IMG/VR virus record: IMGVR_UViG_3300028454_001166
Coordinates: 1 to 64,000 of that record
Length of the DNA stretch: 64,000 bases
Source of the DNA: a virus
Lineage: Duplodnaviria > Caudoviricetes
Direction: 5' to 3' (one strand)
Shown: positions 44,403 to 54,060 of the stretch, one piece after another
Layout of the letters: every line of letters begins with the position of its first letter
Position numbering within the stretch: position 1 is the first letter of the stretch
Program-made: the position numbers and the translations under genes
Notes under the pieces: generated by a model
Database searches by the model: none
What the model saw: the letters and a program-made list of their open reading frames with translations, nothing else
Told to the model about the DNA's origin: nothing

Positions 44403-46070
44403 ATAAAAGGCAACAACATAAGTCGTTTCAAACAGCGACGCGCTGAACGTCTAATACAAAGAGCGTTTAATGCGGATGCCCGTTTTGACGAGGACAAGGG
44501 AAAATGGGTGACGACCCACGAAAAGAAGCGTCGAATCCACATAAACGAAAACGGAATCCCGGATAAAGGGAACCCCTTTGTCATAGCCAAGATGACCGGG
44601 TCTAAGCCCAAGGTCAGCACTGGCTACAAAAAGAAGAATCTTCACGATCTTCTTGTAAAGGGCAAATCCGACAAAGCTGTAAAAGCTCTGAAAGCCTTGG
44701 AAGAAGGTTCCACTATCACGCTGGAAAACGGCACACAGTACACGAAGACGGGGAGCGGCTTTGTCAGCTCGAAGGGAAAAACTGGCGGCAAACAAACCCC
44801 GCAAGCCATAGCGAAGATCCTCCATGGTCACTCCGGAGGCGGGAAGGACTTTACGGTTGGTGATCCCAAACCCGATGCAGTTCCCGAGGCAAAAGCGCCT
44901 AAAACGTCAACCGTCCCAACCTACCCGAAGACATACAGCAAGGGTCAGCTTGGCGCGTCCCATAGTTCTCATATGGGAGACGATCCGGTAGACATTCCGA
45001 AAGGTCCGCCTAAAACCTATAAATCCGACTCCGGCCACGAATTCGTGGACGCGGGTAATATTCTATCAAGCGTCAAATCAACCGATACGACGAAAGACAT
45101 CATCGAGAAGCAGGGATTCAGCGGTTTGCCTCGACGGGTATCAAAAGAGGAATTTCAAAAGATTGCAAAACAGAGTGGTTTCGTTTCGAAGCGAACATAT
45201 AGCGCGGCCTCTCAGGAGCTCGCAGACGAATATCGAAAACAGCTCTACGAAGGGGACTTTTTCGTGGACTGCACCGTAGGCGGTGCACAATACGGGCAAG
45301 GAATGTATTGTGCCGCCGATTACACCGGCAACGGATACAACGCGGGCATCGACGAAGAGATGAAGCACTACCAAAAATTGAATGTCGCGCGGCAAGCAGA
45401 TAACGCTTTCATCTTAGGGGCTTCAACCGAAGATCTGAACAAGGCCATAGACGAGTGTAAGGCCGCGGGTAAGTACAGCTGGAACGGAATGGGTTACAAG
45501 CACATGACCCCTGCCGAGCATGAGGCGTTTAAGAAGTTTGTAACGCATCAGAAGCTCAGCCCAAAAGAAGAAGAGGCCATGGCAAAGCACGGCGGTTTTT
45601 CGGATGTTCAGTTCGTGCTGTCCACTGATGTCGGGTGGAGCAACTATGGAACGGTTTCCGTAGGAAGCACTAAGAGCGCTACCAAGAACAAGTTCCTCTC
45701 GACATATAAGGGGTACAAAAAGACCGAAGTGGTCACGTTGGACCCGAGCGCGAAGATTATTAGTTTCAATGCTCTAAAGGCGAAATACAAGGCCTATAAA
45801 GGTACGAAACCGAAAGATCTGGGTGCCTTCGCCGCGGCTATGGGCTACGATGCGATCAACGCCTACGGCCATGGTAAATCCGGGTCCTACACCGTTATTC
45901 TCAACCGGACAAAATGTGTATTTATGGATCGGCCTATCAATGGCGACTCGGTAGATGAGCCGAAGGAATCCCGTATCAAGTTCATCCCCGGCAAGCATGG
46001 CCGGTTCCACGCATATCGGGACGGTCAATATCTGGGGTGGGTGGACACCTACGTCGGCGGTCAGAACTGA
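44403..46070 (+). CDS. Leader-bearing protein with C-terminal PARP-like/ART-PolyVal-like domain; ATA start
   Basis: AAAGGAGG 7 nt before ATA; ~130-aa N-terminus similar to the 39538 protein; YGQGMYCA...GYDAI...YTVILNR. Confidence 0.7.
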   Translation: MKGNNISRFKQRRAERLIQRAFNADARFDEDKGKWVTTHEKKRRIHINENGIPDKGNPFVIAKMTGSKPKVSTGYKKKNLHDLLVKGKSDKAVKALKALEEGSTITLENGTQYTKTGSGFVSSKGKTGGKQTPQAIAKILHGHSGGGKDFTVGDPKPDAVPEAKAPKTSTVPTYPKTYSKGQLGASHSSHMGDDPVDIPKGPPKTYKSDSGHEFVDAGNILSSVKSTDTTKDIIEKQGFSGLPRRVSKEEFQKIAKQSGFVSKRTYSAASQELADEYRKQLYEGDFFVDCTVGGAQYGQGMYCAADYTGNGYNAGIDEEMKHYQKLNVARQADNAFILGASTEDLNKAIDECKAAGKYSWNGMGYKHMTPAEHEAFKKFVTHQKLSPKEEEAMAKHGGFSDVQFVLSTDVGWSNYGTVSVGSTKSATKNKFLSTYKGYKKTEVVTLDPSAKIISFNALKAKYKAYKGTKPKDLGAFAAAMGYDAINAYGHGKSGSYTVILNRTKCVFMDRPINGDSVDEPKESRIKFIPGKHGRFHAYRDGQYLGWVDTYVGGQN

Positions 46071-46148
46071 TAGAATCGCCTCTTCCGATGAAAAATAAAA
46101 TGCGCGGAAACGCGCTTTTTTAGTTCCTCACGATAGGAGGCGTTTCCG

Positions 46149-46316
46149 TTGAAAGAATACATTCGTGTTTTCATTCGTTTCAAAGAAGGGAGAACCGTGT
46201 GCATCTGCATGAGGGACAACCCGAAATGCAAGAAGCACTGCATCCCAGAACTGGTAGAGCGGGACAAGATGAGAGATTGGCAAGAGGCCTTCAAGGTCAA
46301 TAAATACGGAAAGTAA
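46149..46316 (+). CDS. Small Cys-rich protein (55 aa)
   Basis: AGGAGG RBS, TTG start, CIC...C..HC. Confidence 0.6.
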   Translation: MKEYIRVFIRFKEGRTVCICMRDNPKCKKHCIPELVERDKMRDWQEAFKVNKYGK

Positions 46317-46419
46317 AGCGGGGTATATCGCATATGAAACGCGTCGTAAAATCGGTTCACGATCCGCCCATCGAAAGCTATTATTTTGACGGCAAAGAAA
46401 GAGAAGGGAGGTGGTACGG

Positions 46420-46749
46420 ATGCCGGAGAAAGAAATGAGCGTCATTGAAACCATCTGCCAGCAGATGATTAAGTCTGCGGGGGATGTCATCGCGCTCGAG
46501 CAGGTTATATCTCGGCTGGAAGACCACAATAACGATAAGGTGTTGGAGCTGTTTGAACACCTGCAAATCTCCAATCTGGAAGCCCTGCAAACCTTGACAG
46601 TCGCCTTAACGGGTGAAATGCTGGAATCCCGGAAGACCGAAAACGATGATTCGGATGATGGCGGCGTCTTTGCGCCGGGGGAGCTCGATTGGAAAAAGAA
46701 AGCCGAGGTGATCGGCCACGGTGAAACGGAGGAAGAAGCCGATGAATAA
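46420..46749 (+). CDS. Hypothetical head-module protein
   Basis: GGAGG RBS; overlaps start of the DUF2213 gene. Confidence 0.7.
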   Translation: MPEKEMSVIETICQQMIKSAGDVIALEQVISRLEDHNNDKVLELFEHLQISNLEALQTLTVALTGEMLESRKTENDDSDDGGVFAPGELDWKKKAEVIGHGETEEEADE

Positions 46750-48583
46750 GACCATGCCTAAGCTGGTTCACGTCACACGGCTTGACAGTTTCCCCGTAAC
46801 CCGTGCAACGTACACGGATGAAGGTTATCTGTCCGACCGACCGATTCTGACGTCAACCGGAATCTTCGAGTACAAAAACAAAGATGGCTCGATCAGACGG
46901 GAGCTGAGGCTCCCGGAGGAAGTTTTTGACCCTGAAAGTCTTGAATCCTATAAAGGGAAGCCCATCGTGATAACACACGATGCCGGGCTTATTAACCGTG
47001 ACAATGTTCAGGAAAATCAGATAGGGACGATCCTCAGCGCCGGTGAGCGCGACGGGGATGATGTTCGGGCTGACATCATGATTCATGATACAAAGGCCCT
47101 GAAAAACTGTCGATTCAAGGAACTGTCGCTCGGTTACAACCTCGACCTTGAAGAGGAACCGGGAGAATGGGAAGGGCAGAAATATGATGCCATCCAGCGG
47201 AACATCCGCGTGAACCATCTTGCCGTTGTCAGGGAGGCAAGGGCGGGAGATCAGGCGCGGCTGAACATAGATAGCCGTTCCGATAACACAATCTTAACAG
47301 GAGGACATAGGACTATGGCCAAGAAGAAGACCCGCCGTAAATACAACAACGACGGCATCCTCAGCCCTGAACAGCTGCAGGAAGCAATCGCAAAGTATAA
47401 GGCGGAACAGGCGGCGCTTGCCGCTGAAAATCAGGACGAAGATCCTGATGAAGAGGCCGAGGAACTCGCAAAGACCGAGGTTGTAAACCCCGAGGCCGAT
47501 GTGCAGAAGAATGAGCTGAACAAGGATACGGACAAGCCGGTTCCTGCTCCGCAGAATACCGCGCCGCAGGTGCTCCCCCCGAAGAAGCCCGTGGCTCCGA
47601 GCATCCCGCTCCCGAGTCAGGACAGGCCCATTGAGGAGAAGCTCGACGCGGTGAAGCACAGACGCGATCTCCGCGACGAGAAGGGTGACCCCAAGGACCT
47701 TAATGAGGCCATGGAAAGCATCGCTGAATACGACGAGGAGCACGATTATTATCGTGACATCATCGACACCCTTCTCGCTGAACGTGACTTCGAAAAGGGT
47801 AAGAAGGCCGACTCTGCGCAGGAGCCCATCCCCGACACCGAGACCGCTGAAATCGGTGACAAGGGCAAGGAGAAAGACGAGGACTGTGTGGACAACAAGC
47901 TCGACTCCGAAGACGCTGACACCCCCTTCACCGATGAAGAAGAGGTAAAGGAAGACGACGAGGAAGACACCGACCCGTTTGGTGACGAGGACTTCGCTGA
48001 CGAAGATCTCACCGAAAACGAGGGTGAGGAAGAGGATCCGGCTTTTGCCGATTCTGACCTCGGCGACCCGGACTCCGCTGATCCCGATAACGAGGACGAC
48101 GATGACGAAGAGGCACTTCCCGACTACGATCTCACCGATCCCGACATCGACGATGCAGATGAGGAGGAGGAATCCTACCCGCGTCTGAATCAGGATTCTA
48201 TCGACCGGGCTGTTCGGAAAGAAGTGCAAAGACGGCTCGCCATCGCCAAGGTAGGCCAGCGGCTCAACATGGACGGTCTGGAAACCATGAGCCTCCGCAA
48301 AGCGAAGCGCATGGTCATTAAGAAGGTTTATCCTTCTGTCCGGCTCGACGGTAAGAGTGACGCCTACATCAACGGTATGTACAACTGCTGCGTAAAAGAG
48401 CTGAAGAAACACCCCCGGAAGGATACCGCCTACCAGAAGCGGCAGATGTTCAATAAGGTGTTCAACAAGGACTCTCAGGACTTCGATAACACCGATTCCG
48501 CGGCAACCGCGCGTGACAAGATGATCGAACGGCAGCTGGATCGCAAGCCGGAACGTCATAGCGTTCGTGCGGAAAAGAAATAA
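46742..48583 (+). CDS. DUF2213 putative prohead protease with acidic scaffold region
   Basis: GIFEY, ELRLPEEVF..SL.S..GKPI..H, ELSLGY, YDAIQRNIRVNHLAVV..ARAG. Confidence 0.9.
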   Translation: MNKTMPKLVHVTRLDSFPVTRATYTDEGYLSDRPILTSTGIFEYKNKDGSIRRELRLPEEVFDPESLESYKGKPIVITHDAGLINRDNVQENQIGTILSAGERDGDDVRADIMIHDTKALKNCRFKELSLGYNLDLEEEPGEWEGQKYDAIQRNIRVNHLAVVREARAGDQARLNIDSRSDNTILTGGHRTMAKKKTRRKYNNDGILSPEQLQEAIAKYKAEQAALAAENQDEDPDEEAEELAKTEVVNPEADVQKNELNKDTDKPVPAPQNTAPQVLPPKKPVAPSIPLPSQDRPIEEKLDAVKHRRDLRDEKGDPKDLNEAMESIAEYDEEHDYYRDIIDTLLAERDFEKGKKADSAQEPIPDTETAEIGDKGKEKDEDCVDNKLDSEDADTPFTDEEEVKEDDEEDTDPFGDEDFADEDLTENEGEEEDPAFADSDLGDPDSADPDNEDDDDEEALPDYDLTDPDIDDADEEEESYPRLNQDSIDRAVRKEVQRRLAIAKVGQRLNMDGLETMSLRKAKRMVIKKVYPSVRLDGKSDAYINGMYNCCVKELKKHPRKDTAYQKRQMFNKVFNKDSQDFDNTDSAATARDKMIERQLDRKPERHSVRAEKK

Positions 48584-48606
48584 TCACACTCACAGGAGGA
48601 AACAAA

Positions 48607-49098
48607 ATGCAGACTGCTTATAAGTACTTCGCAGGTAGGGGCATCGCGGGCGGCCTCGTGGATCTCGCTCCCTACGCAATCGACAGCTTCATCAATGAGG
48701 AAGAGAACGGTGTTCTGAAGCCGGGTCTCGCCGCGATGTCCGGCACGAACGCCGGAACCCAGATCAAGCTCTACACCGGCGCTGACGCCACCTTCGAGGG
48801 CGTTATCAACAACAACCGGAACACCGAGTACGATCTTGACGGCCACCTCCGGATTCTGAAAGGCGCGGGCGTCGGTGTGGTCCGTTGGGGCCGCGTTTAC
48901 GTTCGTGTGGCCGAAGGTGTAGAAGTGGCCTACGACGATCCGCTGTATGTCGTGAAGACCGGCGACGAAACCGGTTTCTTCACTAACACCGCTGGCACGG
49001 CTGGCAGTGAAACCGGTGTCGCCGTCAGGGGTCGTTTCCTTGGCCCGGTGGAGAACGGCATCGCCCCCGTCGAACTGTTCAATCAGGCCGACGCCTAA
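48607..49098 (+). CDS. Capsid decoration/cement protein
   Basis: Position before MCP; V.RWGRVYV motif. Confidence 0.7.
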   Translation: MQTAYKYFAGRGIAGGLVDLAPYAIDSFINEEENGVLKPGLAAMSGTNAGTQIKLYTGADATFEGVINNNRNTEYDLDGHLRILKGAGVGVVRWGRVYVRVAEGVEVAYDDPLYVVKTGDETGFFTNTAGTAGSETGVAVRGRFLGPVENGIAPVELFNQADA

Positions 49099-49135
49099 TT
49101 GAACAAGAACTGATTCAAAACAGGAGGAAATACAC

Positions 49136-50170
49136 ATGGCAAACAAGCACAGATCCTATGAGAAGGACGAGGCGAGAGCTCTTCGGGACTCTGGTATTGC
49201 GAAAGCGATCATCGCCTCTGAAGGCACTCGTTTCGACAGCGCTGAGGAAGCATCTGTTTTCTTCGCCCGTGAGCTGGATTTCGTCAAGAGCCAGTCCTAC
49301 GACGTTGAATACCCCGAACTGACCGCGCTGAACATCTTCCCGATCAGCACCGAAGCTGATGAGGGCGCGGAAACCATCACCTACTACACCTACGACAAGA
49401 AGGGCGTCGCCAAGATCATCGACAGCTATTCTACGGACCTTCCGAGAGCTGACGTGGATGGTACCCCCTCTGTCGCCAAGATCAAGTCTCTCGGTGCTTC
49501 CTACGGTTACTCCGCTCAGGAAATGAGAGCGTCCCGTCTCGCCGGTAAGGGGCTGGATGCCCGGAAAGCCGAGTCCGCAAGATGGGCTATCGACTCCGCG
49601 AACAACAAGATCGCGTGGGCCGGTGATACCGCTTCCGGTCTGATGGGCGTTCTTTCTGCGGGTCAGTCTATCCCGCTGTACACCATCCTCGCTGATGGTT
49701 CCGGTAAGACCAAGTGGACCGAAAAGGACCCCGACGCCATCCTTGACGACATCAACGGCATGGCGAAGCAGGTGGCCAGAACCACGAAGAACGTGGAACG
49801 CCCCGATACCCTCTGCGTCCCTGCCGATGTGTATATGCACATCGCAACCAAGAGAATCCCGCAGACCGCTACCTCCGTGCTGAACTACCTCCTCGAGAAC
49901 GCTCCGTACATCAAGGAGATCGTCAGCGCGGCTGAGCTGGATGCCGATTCCGTTGAGACCAACCCCTACGCCGCGGCTTCCGGTGGTCAGGGCGTCGCCT
50001 TCCTGTTCAAGAAGGACAAGAAGAAGCTCTCCCTCGAGAACCCGATGCCCTTCAACCAGTACACCGCCCAGACCAGAAATCTGGAAACCATCATCCCCTG
50101 CGAAGCCAGAACTGCGGGCGTCATCGTGTACTACCCCCTGTCCTGCCTGATCGCTATCGGCGTTTCCTAA
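49136..50170 (+). CDS. Major capsid protein (DUF2184 family)
   Basis: FFARELD, DLPRADV, YGYSAQE, GVIVYYPL; strong codon bias. Confidence 0.92.
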   Translation: MANKHRSYEKDEARALRDSGIAKAIIASEGTRFDSAEEASVFFARELDFVKSQSYDVEYPELTALNIFPISTEADEGAETITYYTYDKKGVAKIIDSYSTDLPRADVDGTPSVAKIKSLGASYGYSAQEMRASRLAGKGLDARKAESARWAIDSANNKIAWAGDTASGLMGVLSAGQSIPLYTILADGSGKTKWTEKDPDAILDDINGMAKQVARTTKNVERPDTLCVPADVYMHIATKRIPQTATSVLNYLLENAPYIKEIVSAAELDADSVETNPYAAASGGQGVAFLFKKDKKKLSLENPMPFNQYTAQTRNLETIIPCEARTAGVIVYYPLSCLIAIGVS

Positions 50171-50259
50171 GATCCGAACAAGCCAAAAACGGGGGACGGG
50201 AACAGGGAACCCGCCCCCCGTCCCATTCGTGAAAACGACACATCTTTTGGAGGTTAAAA

Positions 50260-50604
50260 ATGCTTTTCATCAAAAATTGCAGCTCAAAAGTGATTCACAT
50301 CGGTAATCAGATGGTTCTTCCGGACGAAAGAATCGAAGATTCCATCGTTGACGGTCTCAAGCTCTCAGATAACGCGGCGGTCGGGACGCTTCTTGATCTC
50401 GGGTATCTGGAACTGGTAGACGTCGTTGAAGTTCCGAAGAAAACCGGAAGCCGCGAGGCCAGAGTGGAAACGGTAGAGGTTGACGTCCCTGCCGATGAAC
50501 CCGAACCTGCCCCCGAACAGCCCGCCCCTGAACAGCCCAAAGCGGAAACCACGCCAGAGACAAAAACCACGACAAAGACCGGCGCGAGAGGCAAACGGGG
50601 CTAA
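50260..50604 (+). CDS. Hypothetical virion-associated protein
   Basis: GGAGG RBS; position after MCP. Confidence 0.7.
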   Translation: MLFIKNCSSKVIHIGNQMVLPDERIEDSIVDGLKLSDNAAVGTLLDLGYLELVDVVEVPKKTGSREARVETVEVDVPADEPEPAPEQPAPEQPKAETTPETKTTTKTGARGKRG

Positions 50605-50626
50605 AAATCTTCTATGAGGTGATAGC

Positions 50627-51040
50627 ATGACCGCCCTTGAAATAATCAGAGTCGTAGGCACGGAGTTCAAAGACATAAGCGATGAAGTCCTTGAACAGTG
50701 GATCGAAATCGTGAAGCCGATGGTCTCCAAGAAGCAATTCGGGAACTTGTATGAACAGGGCCTTGCCTTTCTCGTGTGCCACAAATTGAAAATGGCCGGG
50801 GAAGGGAATAACCCCCTCGGCGACGAGTTTAATACCGCCAGCCTCGGCTTCGGTGTATCCAGTGTTTCCGAGGGCGGTAGTTCTATCAGTTTCAGCGCCT
50901 CACAATCTTCTAATCTTGCAAACGATGCGGAGCTGGCACTGACCGCGTATGGCTTGCAATATCTCAGCATCCGGAGAATGGTGATCGTTCCGATCCATAT
51001 TAGCGGGGAAGGTGAGAACTATGTCCATCGGCTTCCATGA
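50627..51040 (+). CDS. Head-tail adaptor (DUF4054-like)
   Basis: EF.D..D, CHKL, SSVSEG..SISF, TAYGLQY. Confidence 0.85.
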   Translation: MTALEIIRVVGTEFKDISDEVLEQWIEIVKPMVSKKQFGNLYEQGLAFLVCHKLKMAGEGNNPLGDEFNTASLGFGVSSVSEGGSSISFSASQSSNLANDAELALTAYGLQYLSIRRMVIVPIHISGEGENYVHRLP

Positions 51041-51482
51041 TTTGAAAATGTCTCCGAAGGGCGCAAAGTTCATGGCAGAACTGAACTGGCTGGCAAACCG
51101 AACGATTCATGTCGGCTTCCAGCGGGGAAAGGGTGTCTATGAAAATGGAGCCGATGTTGCCGATGTTGCTATGTACAACGAATTCGGCACTTCCAAGATT
51201 CCGCCAAGACCCTTTATGGAGCAATCCTTCAAACGGCACGAAGTGGAGTATGTTGAGGAATGTGAGAACATCTTCAACGCCATGATTAAAGGTCAGAAGA
51301 CCGACAGCCTGATCCGGAAGTTTGGCGCAAAAGTCAAACAGGATATTGTGGACGAAATAGAGCTGGGGCAATTCGTACCGAACGCCCCATCCACGGTTGC
51401 AAAGAAGGGGTTCAACAAGCCCTTGTACGAAACCGGCTTGATGGAGAAATCTATCTCCTACTACACGGAGAAAGTGAAGTGA
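51021..51482 (+). CDS. Neck/tail-completion protein
   Basis: [30 protein letters not shown]. Confidence 0.85.
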   Translation: MSIGFHDLKMSPKGAKFMAELNWLANRTIHVGFQRGKGVYENGADVADVAMYNEFGTSKIPPRPFMEQSFKRHEVEYVEECENIFNAMIKGQKTDSLIRKFGAKVKQDIVDEIELGQFVPNAPSTVAKKGFNKPLYETGLMEKSISYYTEKVK

Positions 51483-51486
51483 TGGC

Positions 51487-51891
51487 ATGAATATCCGACT
51501 GTTCAACCGGAAATATACCCTCCGGTCGTTCGGCCCGCCTACAATCAGGAATGGGTATGCTATTCCTTCTGGATACACCGACAAAACGGTGAGCATCCAT
51601 GTACATCCGTCTGGTGGGGATCAGGTACAGGATAAGGATGGAGCGGGCGAGGGCGTGGCAAGACGCCTCGAAGGACATGGAGAGGTAGAAATAAAAATCT
51701 CGGACAGAGAGGCCGGAACAAAAGCAGATATGCTATTTTTTGACGGCCATTGGTACGAGTGCGTTTCGTGTGAGCACTGGTTTCATACCATCCTCACGCA
51801 TTACAACTACCGATTTGCCCTTGTCCCCGAACATGCAGAAGGAAAGAAAAGTGAGTTTAATGCTCCGATGACGTATGGAGGTGGATTGTGA
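51487..51891 (+). CDS. Head-closure protein
   Basis: Synteny; KAD..FFDG.WYEC. Confidence 0.7.
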   Translation: MNIRLFNRKYTLRSFGPPTIRNGYAIPSGYTDKTVSIHVHPSGGDQVQDKDGAGEGVARRLEGHGEVEIKISDREAGTKADMLFFDGHWYECVSCEHWFHTILTHYNYRFALVPEHAEGKKSEFNAPMTYGGGL

Positions 51892-52856
51892 GGATAAAGG
51901 ACGTCAGAAAACTTTTTTGTTCTCTGACTGAAGAATATTTCTCAAATGCAATTGTGCTTCTTTCGCGTCAAAGCAGGATTGCAAAACCAGAACTTCCTCT
52001 CGTTTTGCTGACATTCGGGACTGTGACCCGACCTTCCCGCCCGAATCTTCAAGTGTTCGACGGCGTGAATGTGGAGCAATATGCGTCTAATGTCCAGCTT
52101 GATATAGATCTGTTTACCCACGGCATACCAATCGTAGATCAAGAGATTGGGGTTGTCGGTTATGAGGATTCCGCCGTTGAGGATTTGACGGCTTTTGATG
52201 ATTTCCTTAACTCCGAATATGTTCTGGAATGGTGCGATATTCATTCCTTGACGATTCAGCGGGAGGGAGATATAGAATCCTTATCCGGTATTATCGGCGA
52301 AACGTCTTATGAATACCGGGCCAGAATGCGGCTCATTCTGTCATTCGTTTCCTTGGCAGTAGAACACGCCGCAGTAAACGATGAGAGCAGTATTGTTTAT
52401 CCCACGGGAAGATTCGATGGGGATGAGGAAATCTTTGAACCGGGTGCGCCCGTAAGGAAAACGAGTACAACCGGAGGGTTTGGAAGTCCGGAAGAGGAAA
52501 AAGAAAAACGGGCGACCGTCGTTCCTCATTACACACCCACGAGCAGTGGAGGCGGATCCGAAATCCTCGCTATGTTCAATACCGGGTACTTCACCGAAGC
52601 CGAGGTGGAGTTTGTTCCTTATACCCGCGAGGGAGAATATGTATCCCATGGCTTTGCGGTCAGAGGCCATCTCGACGCCACGGCAAGACGGCTTCTTGAT
52701 TACCTGCAAGAGTTAGGATTTTACCCGGTTACAGCCGACTTTGACCTGAAGCATTCCGTGACCTATGTCAGCGACGATGATTTGATCGTTGAGGTTGACG
52801 AGGAAAACAAAGCTCTTATCATCAAGCGGGGAAAGAAGACTTCCGATCCCGTATAA
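51888..52856 (+). CDS. Neck/tail terminator-like protein with C-terminal extension
   Basis: Synteny upstream of sheath. Confidence 0.6.
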   Translation: MRIKDVRKLFCSLTEEYFSNAIVLLSRQSRIAKPELPLVLLTFGTVTRPSRPNLQVFDGVNVEQYASNVQLDIDLFTHGIPIVDQEIGVVGYEDSAVEDLTAFDDFLNSEYVLEWCDIHSLTIQREGDIESLSGIIGETSYEYRARMRLILSFVSLAVEHAAVNDESSIVYPTGRFDGDEEIFEPGAPVRKTSTTGGFGSPEEEKEKRATVVPHYTPTSSGGGSEILAMFNTGYFTEAEVEFVPYTREGEYVSHGFAVRGHLDATARRLLDYLQELGFYPVTADFDLKHSVTYVSDDDLIVEVDEENKALIIKRGKKTSDPV

Positions 52857-52902
52857 GTGAGCCGCAATATCCCATAAATCATAGAAACGGAGGAAAATCC
52901 GA

Positions 52903-54042
52903 ATGAGCAAGAAAAATTACGACCTGATCGCAACCGTCGATATTGATATTGTCTCCCCTATCGTGGATGATACCAGTTTCGACAATATGCTGATCGTCGG
53001 TCCTGCTCCGTCCGTTGCGCCTGAAACCGCTCCGCCCGACTTCGGTGCTTACCGATCTCTGGATGAGGTTCTGGATACCGGGTGGAGCCTTGAAGCGCAT
53101 GATCCTATCGCCGAGGCCGCACAAGTTGCGTTCTCCCAGACTCCTCGTCCGACCGTTCTGTATATCGCTCCCATCAAGGATACCGACACCGTTCAGCAGG
53201 GCGAAGGTCAGGATGCTGTAATGGTCGTGTCTCCGCTGAAAGCCATCGAGCGGGCCATCGACAGCGTGAAGTGGTACGTTCTCTGCACCGCTGGCGTGGA
53301 TTCGACTTGGTATGAGGAAATCGCCGAGTTCATCGAAGCCTACGACAAGATGTTCGTTTACACGGAGACTGAATATCTCCGCAACAACAAGACCGCTTCT
53401 ACCGGAGCTGTGTATAACAGAACCGTGGGCGTGTTTGGCCCCGAAAACGGGACTCAGGTTGTTGCGGATATGCCTCGTGCCAACAAGTACATGAACGTGG
53501 CGTTTACCGCTGACTGGCTGAACTACCAGCCCGGATCCGAAACCACGGCGTTCAAGCAGCTCACCGCTGTGTATCCTTCCGAGCTGACTTCCACTCAGCT
53601 TGCAAACCTCGCGGAAGATGGCCTGTGCTACTTCATCACGGTTGGGAACCGCAACATTACCATGAGCGGCAAGACCCGTTCTGGCGAGTGGGCCGACGTG
53701 ATCCGGTTCCGCGACTGGCTTAAGAACGATATGCAGATTCGTGTTGTGAATCTTTTCATCATGAACGCGAAGATTCCGTACACCGATGAAGGTATCGCTC
53801 TGATCCACAACGCCATGATCGCTTCTCTGAAACGCGGTCAGGTTATGGGCGGTATCGCTCGGGACGAGTTCGACGAATACGGGATTCGTATTCCCGGTTT
53901 CGCCACTTCTGTCCCGCTTGCCTCCAGCCTCACCGCTTCGGAGAAAGCGTCTCGTATTCTGCGCGGATGCAAGTTCAGGGCGAGACTTGCCGGGGCGATC
54001 CATTTCGCCGAGATCAAGGGCAGCTTGACCTACGAGCTGTAA
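52903..54042 (+). CDS. Tail sheath protein (DUF3383-like)
   Basis: [41 protein letters not shown]. Confidence 0.9.
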   Translation: MSKKNYDLIATVDIDIVSPIVDDTSFDNMLIVGPAPSVAPETAPPDFGAYRSLDEVLDTGWSLEAHDPIAEAAQVAFSQTPRPTVLYIAPIKDTDTVQQGEGQDAVMVVSPLKAIERAIDSVKWYVLCTAGVDSTWYEEIAEFIEAYDKMFVYTETEYLRNNKTASTGAVYNRTVGVFGPENGTQVVADMPRANKYMNVAFTADWLNYQPGSETTAFKQLTAVYPSELTSTQLANLAEDGLCYFITVGNRNITMSGKTRSGEWADVIRFRDWLKNDMQIRVVNLFIMNAKIPYTDEGIALIHNAMIASLKRGQVMGGIARDEFDEYGIRIPGFATSVPLASSLTASEKASRILRGCKFRARLAGAIHFAEIKGSLTYEL

Positions 54043-54060
54043 GAGAGGAAGGTGAAATAA

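Noticed and set aside
47860-48180. Acidic low-complexity repeats as a separate repeat element
   Set aside because: Part of the DUF2213 scaffold coding region
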